From positions 1 through 38,773 of the IMG/VR virus record IMGVR_UViG_3300020599_000172: a DNA stretch of 38,773 nt, one strand, 5' to 3'. The notes below the pieces were generated by a model. It had not been told where the DNA came from. It did no database searches and worked only from the letters and a program-made list of their open reading frames with translations. Position numbers and translations under genes: made by a program. This document shows, in pieces, positions 25,847-33,774 of the stretch (position 1 is its first letter; the number at the start of each line of letters is the position of its first letter). This DNA comes from a virus (Duplodnaviria; Caudoviricetes).

Positions 25847-26058
25847 CGCACCTTGAGGGCAGACACCTCGGTTTCGACCTTGGTGATCCGCTCCCGCTGC
25901 TTGCCGAGCTGCTTGTCGTGGTCGGTGAGACGGGTGTCTACGCCCGATGTGTACGCGCGCAGGACGGCGCCGATGAACGTCAGGCCCACCCCAACCAGCG
26001 TCAGGAACACCGCCCAAGCCCACCCTGGGATCATCACGCTCGCCACCGGATCGGTCAT
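25843..26058 (-). CDS. Small membrane protein with C-terminal coiled coil (71 aa)
   Basis: One TM segment then RLTDHDKQL..RITKVE; ATGA-coupled on both sides. Confidence 0.7.
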   Translation of the reverse strand: MTDPVASVMIPGWAWAVFLTLVGVGLTFIGAVLRAYTSGVDTRLTDHDKQLGKQRERITKVETEVSALKVR

Positions 26059-26654
26059 GCGCCGCCCTTCGTTGCGTAGGGGTCCACCACGGCGACCGAG
26101 ACGGCACCGGAGTGCTCGACTCGCTCCGTGAAGAGCTTCAGGTGCTTTCCGAGCAGCTCGAGCGCCTTGACCTTGTCGGCGAGCTTGAGCTTGCGGACGT
26201 GCCCCACCACTTCGCCCTCTTGCGTGATCTCGACGGTCTCGACGCCGGAGACGGCGCGCCGAAGATCCTCTGGCAGGTCGGCCACCTGGTTGAGCGAGTG
26301 CCCCTCGCCGTAGGCCGGCCCCACGTCGTAGAACGCGATGCGCTTGAGCTCGGCGAGAACCTCGTCGGCCGTTACGGTGACACGCTCGGCCCGCGACTCG
26401 ATGGCCGCGTCGATCGCGGTGCGGATCTCTGGTTTCCGGAGGTTTTCCGAGCCGATCTTCTCGGCCGTCCGGGGGCTGTACCCGGCCCGAATCGCCGCCT
26501 GTGTCGCGTTGAGGTCGACCAAGTACTCCGAGATAAAGAGGGTCTGCTTCGGGGTGAGCGGACGGGACGCACGCGGCGCGGCCGCCGGCTTCCTCGCCGC
26601 CGCGCGCTTCTTCGTCTGCGCTTTCGTCGCCTTCTTGCCCACGGAGTGCATCAT
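26055..26654 (-). CDS. terS: Terminase small subunit (true start possibly GTG 26642)
   Basis: LTPKQ.LF..EYLVDLNATQAAIRAGYS..TA...GSENL.KP; DK.KALELLGKHL..F. Confidence 0.93.
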   Translation of the reverse strand: MMHSVGKKATKAQTKKRAAARKPAAAPRASRPLTPKQTLFISEYLVDLNATQAAIRAGYSPRTAEKIGSENLRKPEIRTAIDAAIESRAERVTVTADEVLAELKRIAFYDVGPAYGEGHSLNQVADLPEDLRRAVSGVETVEITQEGEVVGHVRKLKLADKVKALELLGKHLKLFTERVEHSGAVSVAVVDPYATKGGA

Positions 26655-26685
26655 CCACCCGGGTGTGCACTCCGTTGGTCGCGAC
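26643..26685 (-). promoter_or_regulatory. Putative late promoter box, copy 2 (upstream of terS)
   Basis: Repeat of 5163-5195; GATGAT -10-like hexamer 7 nt before in-frame GTG 26642. Confidence 0.65.
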
Positions 26686-26917
26686 GCTGCGAGTAGGCGA
26701 CGACCGCGGCCCGAAGCCGCTCCTCAGCCCGCCGAAGCTCGTCGTCGGTCTCCGCGTCTGCGAGGGCGATCGCGGCCTCCCGCACCCGATCCCATGGGAT
26801 CTGCCCTCGGGGCTCGAGCGGGCGGAGGATCCCGTGACGCCGCGCCTGGCGCAGATGCCCCCAGCACAGCTGCGCCCGCGCCGCTGGGCGGCTGCACCCA
26901 GGGCCGGTGCAGGTCAC
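26651..26917 (-). CDS. Small zinc-finger protein (C-x4-C...C-x2-H), candidate late regulator
   Basis: CTGPGCSRPAARAQLCWGHL; GTGA overlap with upstream stop; last gene before late operon. Confidence 0.6.
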   Translation of the reverse strand: MTCTGPGCSRPAARAQLCWGHLRQARRHGILRPLEPRGQIPWDRVREAAIALADAETDDELRRAEERLRAAVVAYSQRRDQRSAHPGG

Positions 26918-27339
26918 CGCGCGCCTCGAGGGGGAGCCGGCCGCCGCTCCCGCCGCAGCTCCTCGCGGCGCAGGTAGAGCGCTCGTTGCGCCGCCCGCGC
27001 CGCGTCCGACGCCAGGAGGTGCCAGTCCAGGGCGTCGCCCCTGAGGCCCAAGTCCCGAGCCTCGAGCTCGCCCTGCTTGGCGTACATCAGCAGGTCCAGC
27101 GCCTCCTGCAGCGCATCGATGGCCGGGGACCGGCCGTTGTGGGCCTGGAGTTCGACCCCGTACTCGCGCCGGCCGATCGCCGACCGGAGCCGGAGGATCT
27201 TCCCGAGGTCGCGGCCGTCTCGATCGACCGCCAGGACGGCGCGCACGTGGGCGACGGCGGCGACGACGACGGCGGGCCCGTCGTTCGGGATGGGTTTCCG
27301 CTGCGGGAGCGCGCAGCGCTCGAGCTCGTCCGGGGTCAC
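26914..27339 (-). CDS. MazG-like / nucleotide pyrophosphohydrolase-like phage protein
   Basis: R...G...YG..L...NGR....DALQEALD...Y all-alpha acidic motif. Confidence 0.6.
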   Translation of the reverse strand: MTPDELERCALPQRKPIPNDGPAVVVAAVAHVRAVLAVDRDGRDLGKILRLRSAIGRREYGVELQAHNGRSPAIDALQEALDLLMYAKQGELEARDLGLRGDALDWHLLASDAARAAQRALYLRREELRRERRPAPPRGAR

Positions 27340-28535
27340 TGCGCCGCCTCCGCGGCCGCGAAGGCCTGCTCAGCGGCGAGCTCGTCGGCGACGTCCCGGG
27401 CCCCAAGCGACGTGGCGAGTTCGGACGTGCAGCCCTCGTGGTACGCGACGACCCAGCCTTGACCGTCCCATCGGTGCGGCTTGATTTGCGGGCACCAGGC
27501 GCACCGTCGAACGTCGACCGCGCCCACCTTCGGGTCCCCCGGAATCGGTTCCGGCGGGGGCGGGGCGAGACCTCCGACGAGGCGCGGCGGTTGCCGCCGG
27601 TGCCCCCGATCATCGAACTTGCCGTTGCGCACGTCCGCGGCGTTCCGGAGCAGGAAACTCAGGTCGCTGGCCCGGGTCGACGACGGCGCGTCGCCCCGGC
27701 ACCACGCGGACCGGTTCATTCGCTCGATGAGCTCCAACCAGCCTCCGGGACCCTCGAGCGGCCGTTCGCGCAGCTCCGCCTTCATCGGCCCCGAGAGCTT
27801 CGGCGGCTCCTCGGCACGCGGCATCGACGGGTGGGCCCGCTCGTTCCACGCCGCCATCAGCGCGCGGACGCTGGTCGCGTCCGGCGGCCGCCGCTTCCGG
27901 CCGCTCCCGCCGGCGTTGCCCCCTGGCGGACCTGGCGGGCTCGTGCCCCCCGGCGCGGCAGCGGAGGGGGTAGGGGGAGGAAGATCTTCTCTTCTCTCTT
28001 CTCCTCTCCTCTCCTCTGTCGTTGCAAACGTTGCGTTCGTTGCCAGCGTTGCGGGCGTTGCGGGCGTTGCAGCCGCGTTGCCGGGCGTTGCGTCGCGTTG
28101 CGGGCCTGGGTGGAGATCGCCTATCAGAGCCGTCAACCTCTCGATTTCCTTGCGGGCGTCCTGGAGCGCACGGAAGTTTCGAGATCGCTCGGTCGACGAG
28201 AGGGCGTCGGTATCCTGCCCCTCTCCCCGCCACCCAAGGATGGTCAAGCTCCCGTCCTCGTGAAGCTCGACGAGTGCCCACTTCGGATCTTTCGTGCCGA
28301 GACGCTCGAGGCCGGCGGCGATCGCCGCCTCTGCTTCGTCAGGCGGGAGGATCTGAATCGCCATCGTCCGGTCGGCGAGGTAACTCGGGTCGGCGTAGTG
28401 GGCGGGGATCTTTCCGCCGAGCTCGAAGTCGGCGCTGATCCGGCAGAGGGCCTCGTAGGTCCGTGCGCCCCAGTAGCCGGCGCGGCGGATCTTCGGGTTC
28501 GAGTCGCTGTTCCCGTCCTGCTTGTACCACTTCAC
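27336..28535 (-). CDS. Phage replication initiator (replisome organiser type)
   Basis: MKWYK.D......PKI N-terminus, STERSR.FR, internal iterons, EERRGEERRE linker, C-terminal W..G....FLL....V..GKF. Confidence 0.8.
   Translation of the reverse strand: MKWYKQDGNSDSNPKIRRAGYWGARTYEALCRISADFELGGKIPAHYADPSYLADRTMAIQILPPDEAEAAIAAGLERLGTKDPKWALVELHEDGSLTILGWRGEGQDTDALSSTERSRNFRALQDARKEIERLTALIGDLHPGPQRDATPGNAAATPATPATLATNATFATTEERRGEERREDLPPPTPSAAAPGGTSPPGPPGGNAGGSGRKRRPPDATSVRALMAAWNERAHPSMPRAEEPPKLSGPMKAELRERPLEGPGGWLELIERMNRSAWCRGDAPSSTRASDLSFLLRNAADVRNGKFDDRGHRRQPPRLVGGLAPPPPEPIPGDPKVGAVDVRRCAWCPQIKPHRWDGQGWVVAYHEGCTSELATSLGARDVADELAAEQAFAAAEAAQ
27984..28101. repeat. Putative replication origin: nine CGTTGC iterons plus polypyrimidine tract
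   Basis: CGTTGC at 28020, 28029, 28038, 28047, 28056, 28065, 28076, 28086, 28096; CT-only tract about 27985-28017. Confidence 0.75.
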
Positions 28536-29056
28536 GTCCGCCTCCCAAGCGCCAGGCCCACTGGGCGCGCCGACCTTCGCTTCCTCTGCTTGGTGGGGTC
28601 CGCCGGTTTCCGGCCCAACGCCGGCGCCCGGTCCGCGATAAACAGCACGGTGCGCGGGCGCTCGGCGTCGAGCTCAAGCAGCGCCGCCTGTGCAGTCACC
28701 TGCGAGTCGTCGACCCAGGCCCGCCCCTTCGTCGCCGCGTCCATCGCAGCCTTCGCGAGGTTGTCGGCGTCGCGGATCCTTCGGTCGGGCAAGCAGAACG
28801 CCATCACCACTGCGACCTCGCCGGTGAACGGCTGGCCCTTCATCGCCGCGGCGACCCGCATCCCGATCCAGCGCTCCTGGTTCTTGGTGCGGCTGCCGGT
28901 GATCGCGCGACCGGAGCGCCCGTCGAACCGAGGGCGCTCCTTCGGTCTGGGCGGGCCCTCGTGGACGACCTCGATCACCCGGCCCGGCGAATGGCCCTGG
29001 AGCAGCGCCTCTAGCAGCGCTCGGGCCCGGGCTTCTGGCGACCGTTCCAGCCTCAC
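28532..29056 (-). CDS. rusA: RusA-family Holliday junction resolvase
   Basis: G.P.PKERPRF, D.DNLAKA.MDA, W.DDSQV. Confidence 0.85.
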   Translation of the reverse strand: MRLERSPEARARALLEALLQGHSPGRVIEVVHEGPPRPKERPRFDGRSGRAITGSRTKNQERWIGMRVAAAMKGQPFTGEVAVVMAFCLPDRRIRDADNLAKAAMDAATKGRAWVDDSQVTAQAALLELDAERPRTVLFIADRAPALGRKPADPTKQRKRRSARPVGLALGRRT

Positions 29057-29544
29057 CGCAGCACCCGGATGTCGGCGTGTGCCGCGAGGCTGCGCTCGAA
29101 GAGCTTGGCCCGGCCGCCGAAGTAGAAGAGCGCGCTGGCAAAGTTGCCGCAGCCGTGGGGTCCACCGTCGAAGCTGATCCGGTCGTTCCAGTAGGCGATC
29201 GCCTTGGCGTCGGCGCGGAGGACTCGCCACCAATCGGTGGAGTGGTCCCCCTTCACCAGCATGACGATCTCGCAGCCCCGCGCCGCCTCGAGGGTCGCCT
29301 TCCTGGACCAAAGGGGCATCTGGCCTCGGCCGTAGGGCGGGTTCACGAAGACTAGGCCCCGGGCGGCGAGCTCGCGCCAGTTCGCCGAGAGGCCACAAAA
29401 CCCAGGCGACCCGTCGAGCTTCTTCTTCGCCGACACCGTCGACCACTGGTTGGTGCAGGGGTCCAAGGTGATCGGCCCCAGCGGCCTGAGGGCGTCGATC
29501 ACTATCCTGGGGGTGCAGAGATCGTCGGTCGTTCGTTCGCGCAT
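29053..29544 (-). CDS. Phage DNA N6-adenine methyltransferase (Dam-like, orphan)
   Basis: TP......L....LDPC, VFVNPPY motif IV, T.WW, RISF. Confidence 0.85.
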   Translation of the reverse strand: MRERTTDDLCTPRIVIDALRPLGPITLDPCTNQWSTVSAKKKLDGSPGFCGLSANWRELAARGLVFVNPPYGRGQMPLWSRKATLEAARGCEIVMLVKGDHSTDWWRVLRADAKAIAYWNDRISFDGGPHGCGNFASALFYFGGRAKLFERSLAAHADIRVLR

Positions 29545-29822
29545 CAGGAGGTCTCCCGGAGCTGGTAGGTGCCGGGCCCGACACGGAGGACCAGGCCGTC
29601 GGCGATGAGTTCCCGCAGATCGCGCAGCGTCGGGCTGAGCGTCTGGCCGGACGCCTTCGCGAGCTCGCGCGCGTGGACAGGCTGGCCGTGCTCGAGCGCC
29701 GCGAGCACCATCGCGCGCCGCGTCCCCGCGGCCGGGATCCGTCGCGGCGGGAGCACCTCGGCTCCGAGAGCGGCGAGCGTGTGGTGCAAAACCACCGCCC
29801 CGAACAATTCGGCGAGCGTCAT
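29544..29822 (-). CDS. Winged-HTH protein (92 aa)
   Basis: VL..L......ARELAKASG......LRDL..L...GLV.R...GTYQL. Confidence 0.7.
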   Translation of the reverse strand: MTLAELFGAVVLHHTLAALGAEVLPPRRIPAAGTRRAMVLAALEHGQPVHARELAKASGQTLSPTLRDLRELIADGLVLRVGPGTYQLRETS

Positions 29823-30142
29823 GCCGCCCTCCAGCCACGCTTAATCTCGTAGGCGCGCACGCACGCCCGGCAGAGCTCGTGTCGCACTCGCACCTCGGGC
29901 GGCCCCCCCGGCCGCCGGGTCCGATAGCCCGCCATCACCAGGTGCCCCTTCGCCCGCTTGAGCAGCTCGACTGCCGCGGCCTCCTCGAGGCCGGGCGCCG
30001 TGATCACCGCCGTGGCGTAGTCCGTCGTTCGCCAGGTCACCCACAGGCGCCGCACGTCGGGGCCGAGCTCGACGATCAGACGTCCGAGCAACTCCGCCTT
30101 CGTCGGCGCCGTCGTCGAGCAGGAGCAGCCTGGCGCTCTCAT
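29819..30142 (-). CDS. Hypothetical protein
   Basis: GGAGG RBS, ATGA coupling both ends. Confidence 0.6.
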   Translation of the reverse strand: MRAPGCSCSTTAPTKAELLGRLIVELGPDVRRLWVTWRTTDYATAVITAPGLEEAAAVELLKRAKGHLVMAGYRTRRPGGPPEVRVRHELCRACVRAYEIKRGWRAA

Positions 30143-30321
30143 CGCCCAGCCTCCCCGAGCTCCGCGAGCAGCTCGTCGATTCGACCTGTCCGAACGGCCG
30201 CAGAGAGCCAGCCATCGATGTCGCCGGCGTCGAAGAGGCGGCGCTGCTGGCGGTACGAGACCACCCGCATCTCCTCGAGGATCCGCCGTCGTCGAGCGGG
30301 ATCGCGGGGCGGCCGACTCAT
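30139..30321 (-). CDS. Hypothetical protein (60 aa)
   Basis: ATGA coupling both ends. Confidence 0.6.
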   Translation of the reverse strand: MSRPPRDPARRRRILEEMRVVSYRQQRRLFDAGDIDGWLSAAVRTGRIDELLAELGEAGR

Positions 30322-30506
30322 CGGGCGCCCTCGCGGACGGCGCCGACGACGACCGACACCACCCATGCCGAAGTGCACGCCACGATCCCCGCGCCGAGCC
30401 ACTCTTCACGGCCGAGCAGGTAGCCGATCATCACCGCGGCGGAGCACACGCCCAGCAGCGCGGACACGCCCAGCGCGACCCACCCCGCGATCCCGGCGCC
30501 CGTCAT
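30318..30506 (-). CDS. Small two-TM membrane protein (62 aa)
   Basis: Two hydrophobic segments; GGAGG RBS. Confidence 0.65.
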   Translation of the reverse strand: MTGAGIAGWVALGVSALLGVCSAAVMIGYLLGREEWLGAGIVACTSAWVVSVVVGAVREGAR

Positions 30507-30605
30507 GCTCCCCTCCGGGCGCTGTCAGCGCCGTCCGGGTTCTTGCGTCTCTTGCTGCTGGTGATACGAACAATCGGTTTGCCCATGGAGGGCGAGAGGG
30601 GACGG

Positions 30606-30920
30606 ATGAGGCGTCGAAACCCTGAAGGGTTCCCTTGGGAGTTCCTCCCGTGGCTGCTCACCTGGCTTGGCGCCGGCGTCGCTGCGGCACTTGCGGTGCT
30701 GCATGCAGAATCTGCTTTCCTTGCCGGTGTGTACGCATACGGCTGTGGCGTGGTCGCCGGATACGTTGAGGTTTTCGCGGCTGCCTTCGCTGGCTTCGAT
30801 GACGAGCTAGTTCCTGATGGAAATTTTTGGAACCACGTTGGCAAGCGGGTCGCGCAGTCGGGCGGGGTCGGGATCTGCGTAGGAGTCGCTCGATTCGTCC
30901 ACGACATCTGGCTCCGGTAG
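30606..30920 (+). CDS. Counter-oriented membrane protein (moron-like)
   Basis: About three hydrophobic segments, lower GC and many T-ending codons, opposite to flanking operon. Confidence 0.55.
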   Translation: MRRRNPEGFPWEFLPWLLTWLGAGVAAALAVLHAESAFLAGVYAYGCGVVAGYVEVFAAAFAGFDDELVPDGNFWNHVGKRVAQSGGVGICVGVARFVHDIWLR

Positions 30921-30939
30921 CGCTTTGACTCGTTCCCGA

Positions 30940-31635
30940 TCACGGCGCCCTCTCGGCGACCTGCGCCCCAGCGAGAGCCTGCCGGGCGGCCGCGAGTCGC
31001 TCGCGAACCTGAGCCTCTCGCTCCCTTGCTCGCTCCCATGCGGCGCGGTGTCGTGCGCCCATCCCAGGCGGCGCGGGTGGGAGCGGCGCGCCGGCGATCA
31101 CGCAGCGCGAGTAGGCCCGCTCCAGGGTCGACTGCTCGCGGCGGAGGCGAACCTCGAGGCGAGCCACCTCCCGGGCGAGAGACGCTGCGGAGCGGCGCGG
31201 CTTCTCCCCTCCGGCGTGGCGGCCTGCACCCCTATCCCGACTGCGGGGGTGGTCATCGGCGGCCAGCCGGAGGGGGGGCGCTTTCGTGCCTCTCACGCGG
31301 CGGGGGGTACTTGGAGAAGAGGCTTCGCGGGCGAGCGCGGCAGGGGTTCGGCGCGGCTTCATTTGCTCGACGGCCGCCGCCTCCATGGGGGGTGGCGCGA
31401 CCGCAGGCGCTGGCGCAGCGTCGGTGGAAAGGAGCGGGCCAAAGAGCTCGTCGATCTCGACACCGAGCGCCCTCGCCAACGCGGCCGCGGTTTCCGCCCT
31501 GGGGCGGTGCATCCCGAGTTCGATCTTGATGAGGCTCTGGGGGTGGATTCCGGCGGCCGCAGCGATTTCCCGCCTCGACCGTGCGCCTCGGAGGCGACGC
31601 AGATGGGGTCCGAACGCAACAGAGGGGGTGTCCAT
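30940..31635 (-). CDS. Cro-like XRE HTH regulator with long C-terminal extension
   Basis: FG..LRRLR....RREIA...GI....L.KIE.G...P......LARALGV....LF; divergent from CI. Confidence 0.8.
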   Translation of the reverse strand: MDTPSVAFGPHLRRLRGARSRREIAAAAGIHPQSLIKIELGMHRPRAETAAALARALGVEIDELFGPLLSTDAAPAPAVAPPPMEAAAVEQMKPRRTPAALAREASSPSTPRRVRGTKAPPLRLAADDHPRSRDRGAGRHAGGEKPRRSAASLAREVARLEVRLRREQSTLERAYSRCVIAGAPLPPAPPGMGARHRAAWERAREREAQVRERLAAARQALAGAQVAERAP

Positions 31636-31643
31636 GGCTCGAC

Positions 31644-31722
31644 AGCTTACCGAGTGCGCTAACGAATGACAATCTCGATTCATACCGAAGGCGCTAAGCC
31701 ATTGGATCCTAAGCTGCCCGCC
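31644..31722. promoter_or_regulatory. Lysis/lysogeny switch: operators and divergent promoters
   Basis: Operators TTACCGAGTGCGCTAA (31647-31662) and ATACCGAAGGCGCTAA (31682-31697); - strand TTGTCA-17-TAAGCT; + strand TAAGCT 7 nt before cI ATG. Confidence 0.75.
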
Positions 31723-32151
31723 ATGTCCGACCCCCTCTTGGAGTTCGGCCGTCGCCTGCGCACCTACCGGGACCGGCGGGGGCTGACTCAGCCTGAACTT
31801 GCCCGCGCGATCGGCGTACACGCCGTAACGATCGCGAAATGGGAAGGGGGCTCCCAGGAGCCAAGCGGCTCGAACTTGGTCGCGCTCTGCGCGGTCTTAC
31901 GGGTGAGCCCAAACGTCCTAATGGGGCGGCCTCGGGCCTCCACCGAAGAGGCGATCGCTGCCTACCGGGCATCGCCCTACCACGCTACCCTTGAGGCGGA
32001 AGGACGGCCTCTGAGCGACGACGAGACGGACGACCTTCGCTACCTGCTAGATTCGTTCTGGCTCGATGGGGCAAAGAACCCGAAGGTACTCCACTCGCTG
32101 GTGCGGCTGATCCGTGAGACTCCGGATCTTCTAGCCTCCGACCAAAAGTAG
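31723..32151 (+). CDS. CI-like XRE HTH repressor (no S24 peptidase domain)
   Basis: FGRRLR.YR..RGLTQ.ELA..IGV...TIAKWE.G..EP. Confidence 0.85.
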   Translation: MSDPLLEFGRRLRTYRDRRGLTQPELARAIGVHAVTIAKWEGGSQEPSGSNLVALCAVLRVSPNVLMGRPRASTEEAIAAYRASPYHATLEAEGRPLSDDETDDLRYLLDSFWLDGAKNPKVLHSLVRLIRETPDLLASDQK

Positions 32152-32207
32152 ACCACCCAACACTCGGTGTGGATGGTGGACCCTCACTCAAAACGGTGAG
32201 GTCCCTC

Positions 32208-32399
32208 ATGGCTGTATCCGATCCGAGGTGTGTGAGGCTGGACCTGGGCGAGGTGGTGGAGATCGTCACGCTCGACGGGACCATTCTGTCTTCTGCAGGC
32301 CCAACGGACGACGCGGCAAGGCTTGTCCGGATGGTTGCCGAAGCCCGCGAAGACGCCGACTTAGCGAACTCGATACTTAGCGACTTGACTAAGGCTTAG
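32208..32399 (+). CDS. Hypothetical protein downstream of repressor (63 aa)
   Basis: GGTGAGG RBS; 3' end overlaps operator cluster. Confidence 0.45.
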   Translation: MAVSDPRCVRLDLGEVVEIVTLDGTILSSAGPTDDAARLVRMVAEAREDADLANSILSDLTKA

Positions 32400-32414
32400 C
32401 GAGAGCGGTAACTT
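32361..32414 (+). promoter_or_regulatory. Early promoter with three repressor operators
   Basis: TTAGCG-initiated 16-mers at 32361, 32377, 32396; TTGACT(32385)-18-TAACTT(32409). Confidence 0.75.
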
Positions 32415-32450
32415 TCTCCCGTGCCCCATCCCGGGGCGCGGGAGGTTCCG

Positions 32451-32786
32451 ATGCAGCGCACGTCCCTCGCTGAAGCACTGAAGCTGCTCGTCCACGAGGT
32501 GGACGAGGTTCGCGCCGGCCGCAGCTCCATCCTGGCCGAGCGCATGACCCTGGCCCTGGACCGATGCCGCGAGATCGCGACTGCCGGGTTCCCCGAGGCA
32601 ACCAGCCCCTCCGGTGACGAGGCACAGATCGAGATCGGCCGCCGAATCGCCCGGCACGTTTTCAGCAAGCGGGGCAACCGCGCCGAGGCGCACCTGAGCG
32701 AGCTCGAGCTCGCCGCCATCTGCGCCCTCGCTGCCGAGCACGGCACTCGCGCCGGCCTCGCGATCGTCGCCGGGAGGGCAGCATGA
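32451..32786 (+). CDS. Hypothetical early protein
   Basis: GGAGG RBS, first gene after promoter. Confidence 0.7.
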   Translation: MQRTSLAEALKLLVHEVDEVRAGRSSILAERMTLALDRCREIATAGFPEATSPSGDEAQIEIGRRIARHVFSKRGNRAEAHLSELELAAICALAAEHGTRAGLAIVAGRAA

Positions 32787-32995
32787 GCGCCCTCCTGATG
32801 GCAGCCGCCGAGGCGTCGGTCCTCGCCGCCAAGCTGCAGCGGCGGGCGCTGGTCTCCCGTTGCTACGTCGCCGGCGAGACGGAGCTGGGCGACGCCGGCA
32901 ACGCGCTCCTCGACGCGCCCACGGATCCCTGGCGTGCGTGGGAGGCCGACGCCCTCTCCGCCCTCACCGGTTCGCCGCGCGCTGGTGAAGCATGA
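32783..32995 (+). CDS. Hypothetical early protein
   Basis: ATGA coupling. Confidence 0.6.
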   Translation: MSALLMAAAEASVLAAKLQRRALVSRCYVAGETELGDAGNALLDAPTDPWRAWEADALSALTGSPRAGEA

Positions 32996-33774
32996 GCGCC
33001 CTGCCGAAGTGCTGCCGGTGCGGCAAGGAAGTCTCCGAGTGGGCTTGCGAGCGCGACGGCAACGCCTGCGTGCTGTGCGTCACGGCCGAGCGGGACGGGC
33101 TGCGCGACCAGCTCGCGGAACTCCGCCGCGAGGTGGAGTTGGCGGATTCGGCGCGGGAGCGGGCAGACGAGTCCCGCCGCGCCGCTTGGGCCCGCCTCGA
33201 CGAAGCCCGCTCCGCCCTCGACACCGCCGGCGTCCCGACGTCGGTCGACCTCCCCGGTGGTGAGCGCCGCGACCTCAGCATCGGGGAGCGGATCGATCGG
33301 CTCGCCGAAGCGCAGGCCGAGCTCGATCAGATCCGCGGCCCTGTGTGCCGGGTCTGCGGCTGCTCCGAATTCGATCCATGTGAGGGCGGGTGCGGCTGGG
33401 CCGACCCCACCCTCTGCACCGAATGCGTCGGGAAGGAGCCAGAGACGGCCGCCCCGCCTGAGGAGGCGAAGGCGAGCAGCGGCCACCACGACTGCGAATG
33501 CGGGATGGCCCGCATCCCCGCTGACGTCATGCAGTGCTCGACGTGCGAGACGGCCGACAGGATGGCGGAAGTAGCCGCCGGAAAGGACGCCGAGATCGAT
33601 CGCCTCCGCGGGGCACTGAAGGGGCTGATCGACCGCTATGACCTCATGAGGGAGCACGCGCCGCCCGGCGTGGCACTCCTGGCGAGCGGATGGTTCGAGG
33701 ACGCGATGGACTCGTTCCGCGCCGTCCTCGTGTCTGCCACCCCCGCCCCCGAGCGCGAAGGGGGCACGCGATGA
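32992..33774 (+). CDS. Cys-rich / coiled-coil early protein
   Basis: CRVCGC....PC.GGC.W....LC..C plus two further Cys clusters; ATGA coupling. Confidence 0.7.
   Translation: MSALPKCCRCGKEVSEWACERDGNACVLCVTAERDGLRDQLAELRREVELADSARERADESRRAAWARLDEARSALDTAGVPTSVDLPGGERRDLSIGERIDRLAEAQAELDQIRGPVCRVCGCSEFDPCEGGCGWADPTLCTECVGKEPETAAPPEEAKASSGHHDCECGMARIPADVMQCSTCETADRMAEVAAGKDAEIDRLRGALKGLIDRYDLMREHAPPGVALLASGWFEDAMDSFRAVLVSATPAPEREGGTR

Noticed and set aside
28020-28101. Short repeats as a CRISPR array
   Set aside because: 6-bp units with 3-5 nt gaps inside a CDS; iteron-like, no spacers or cas genes
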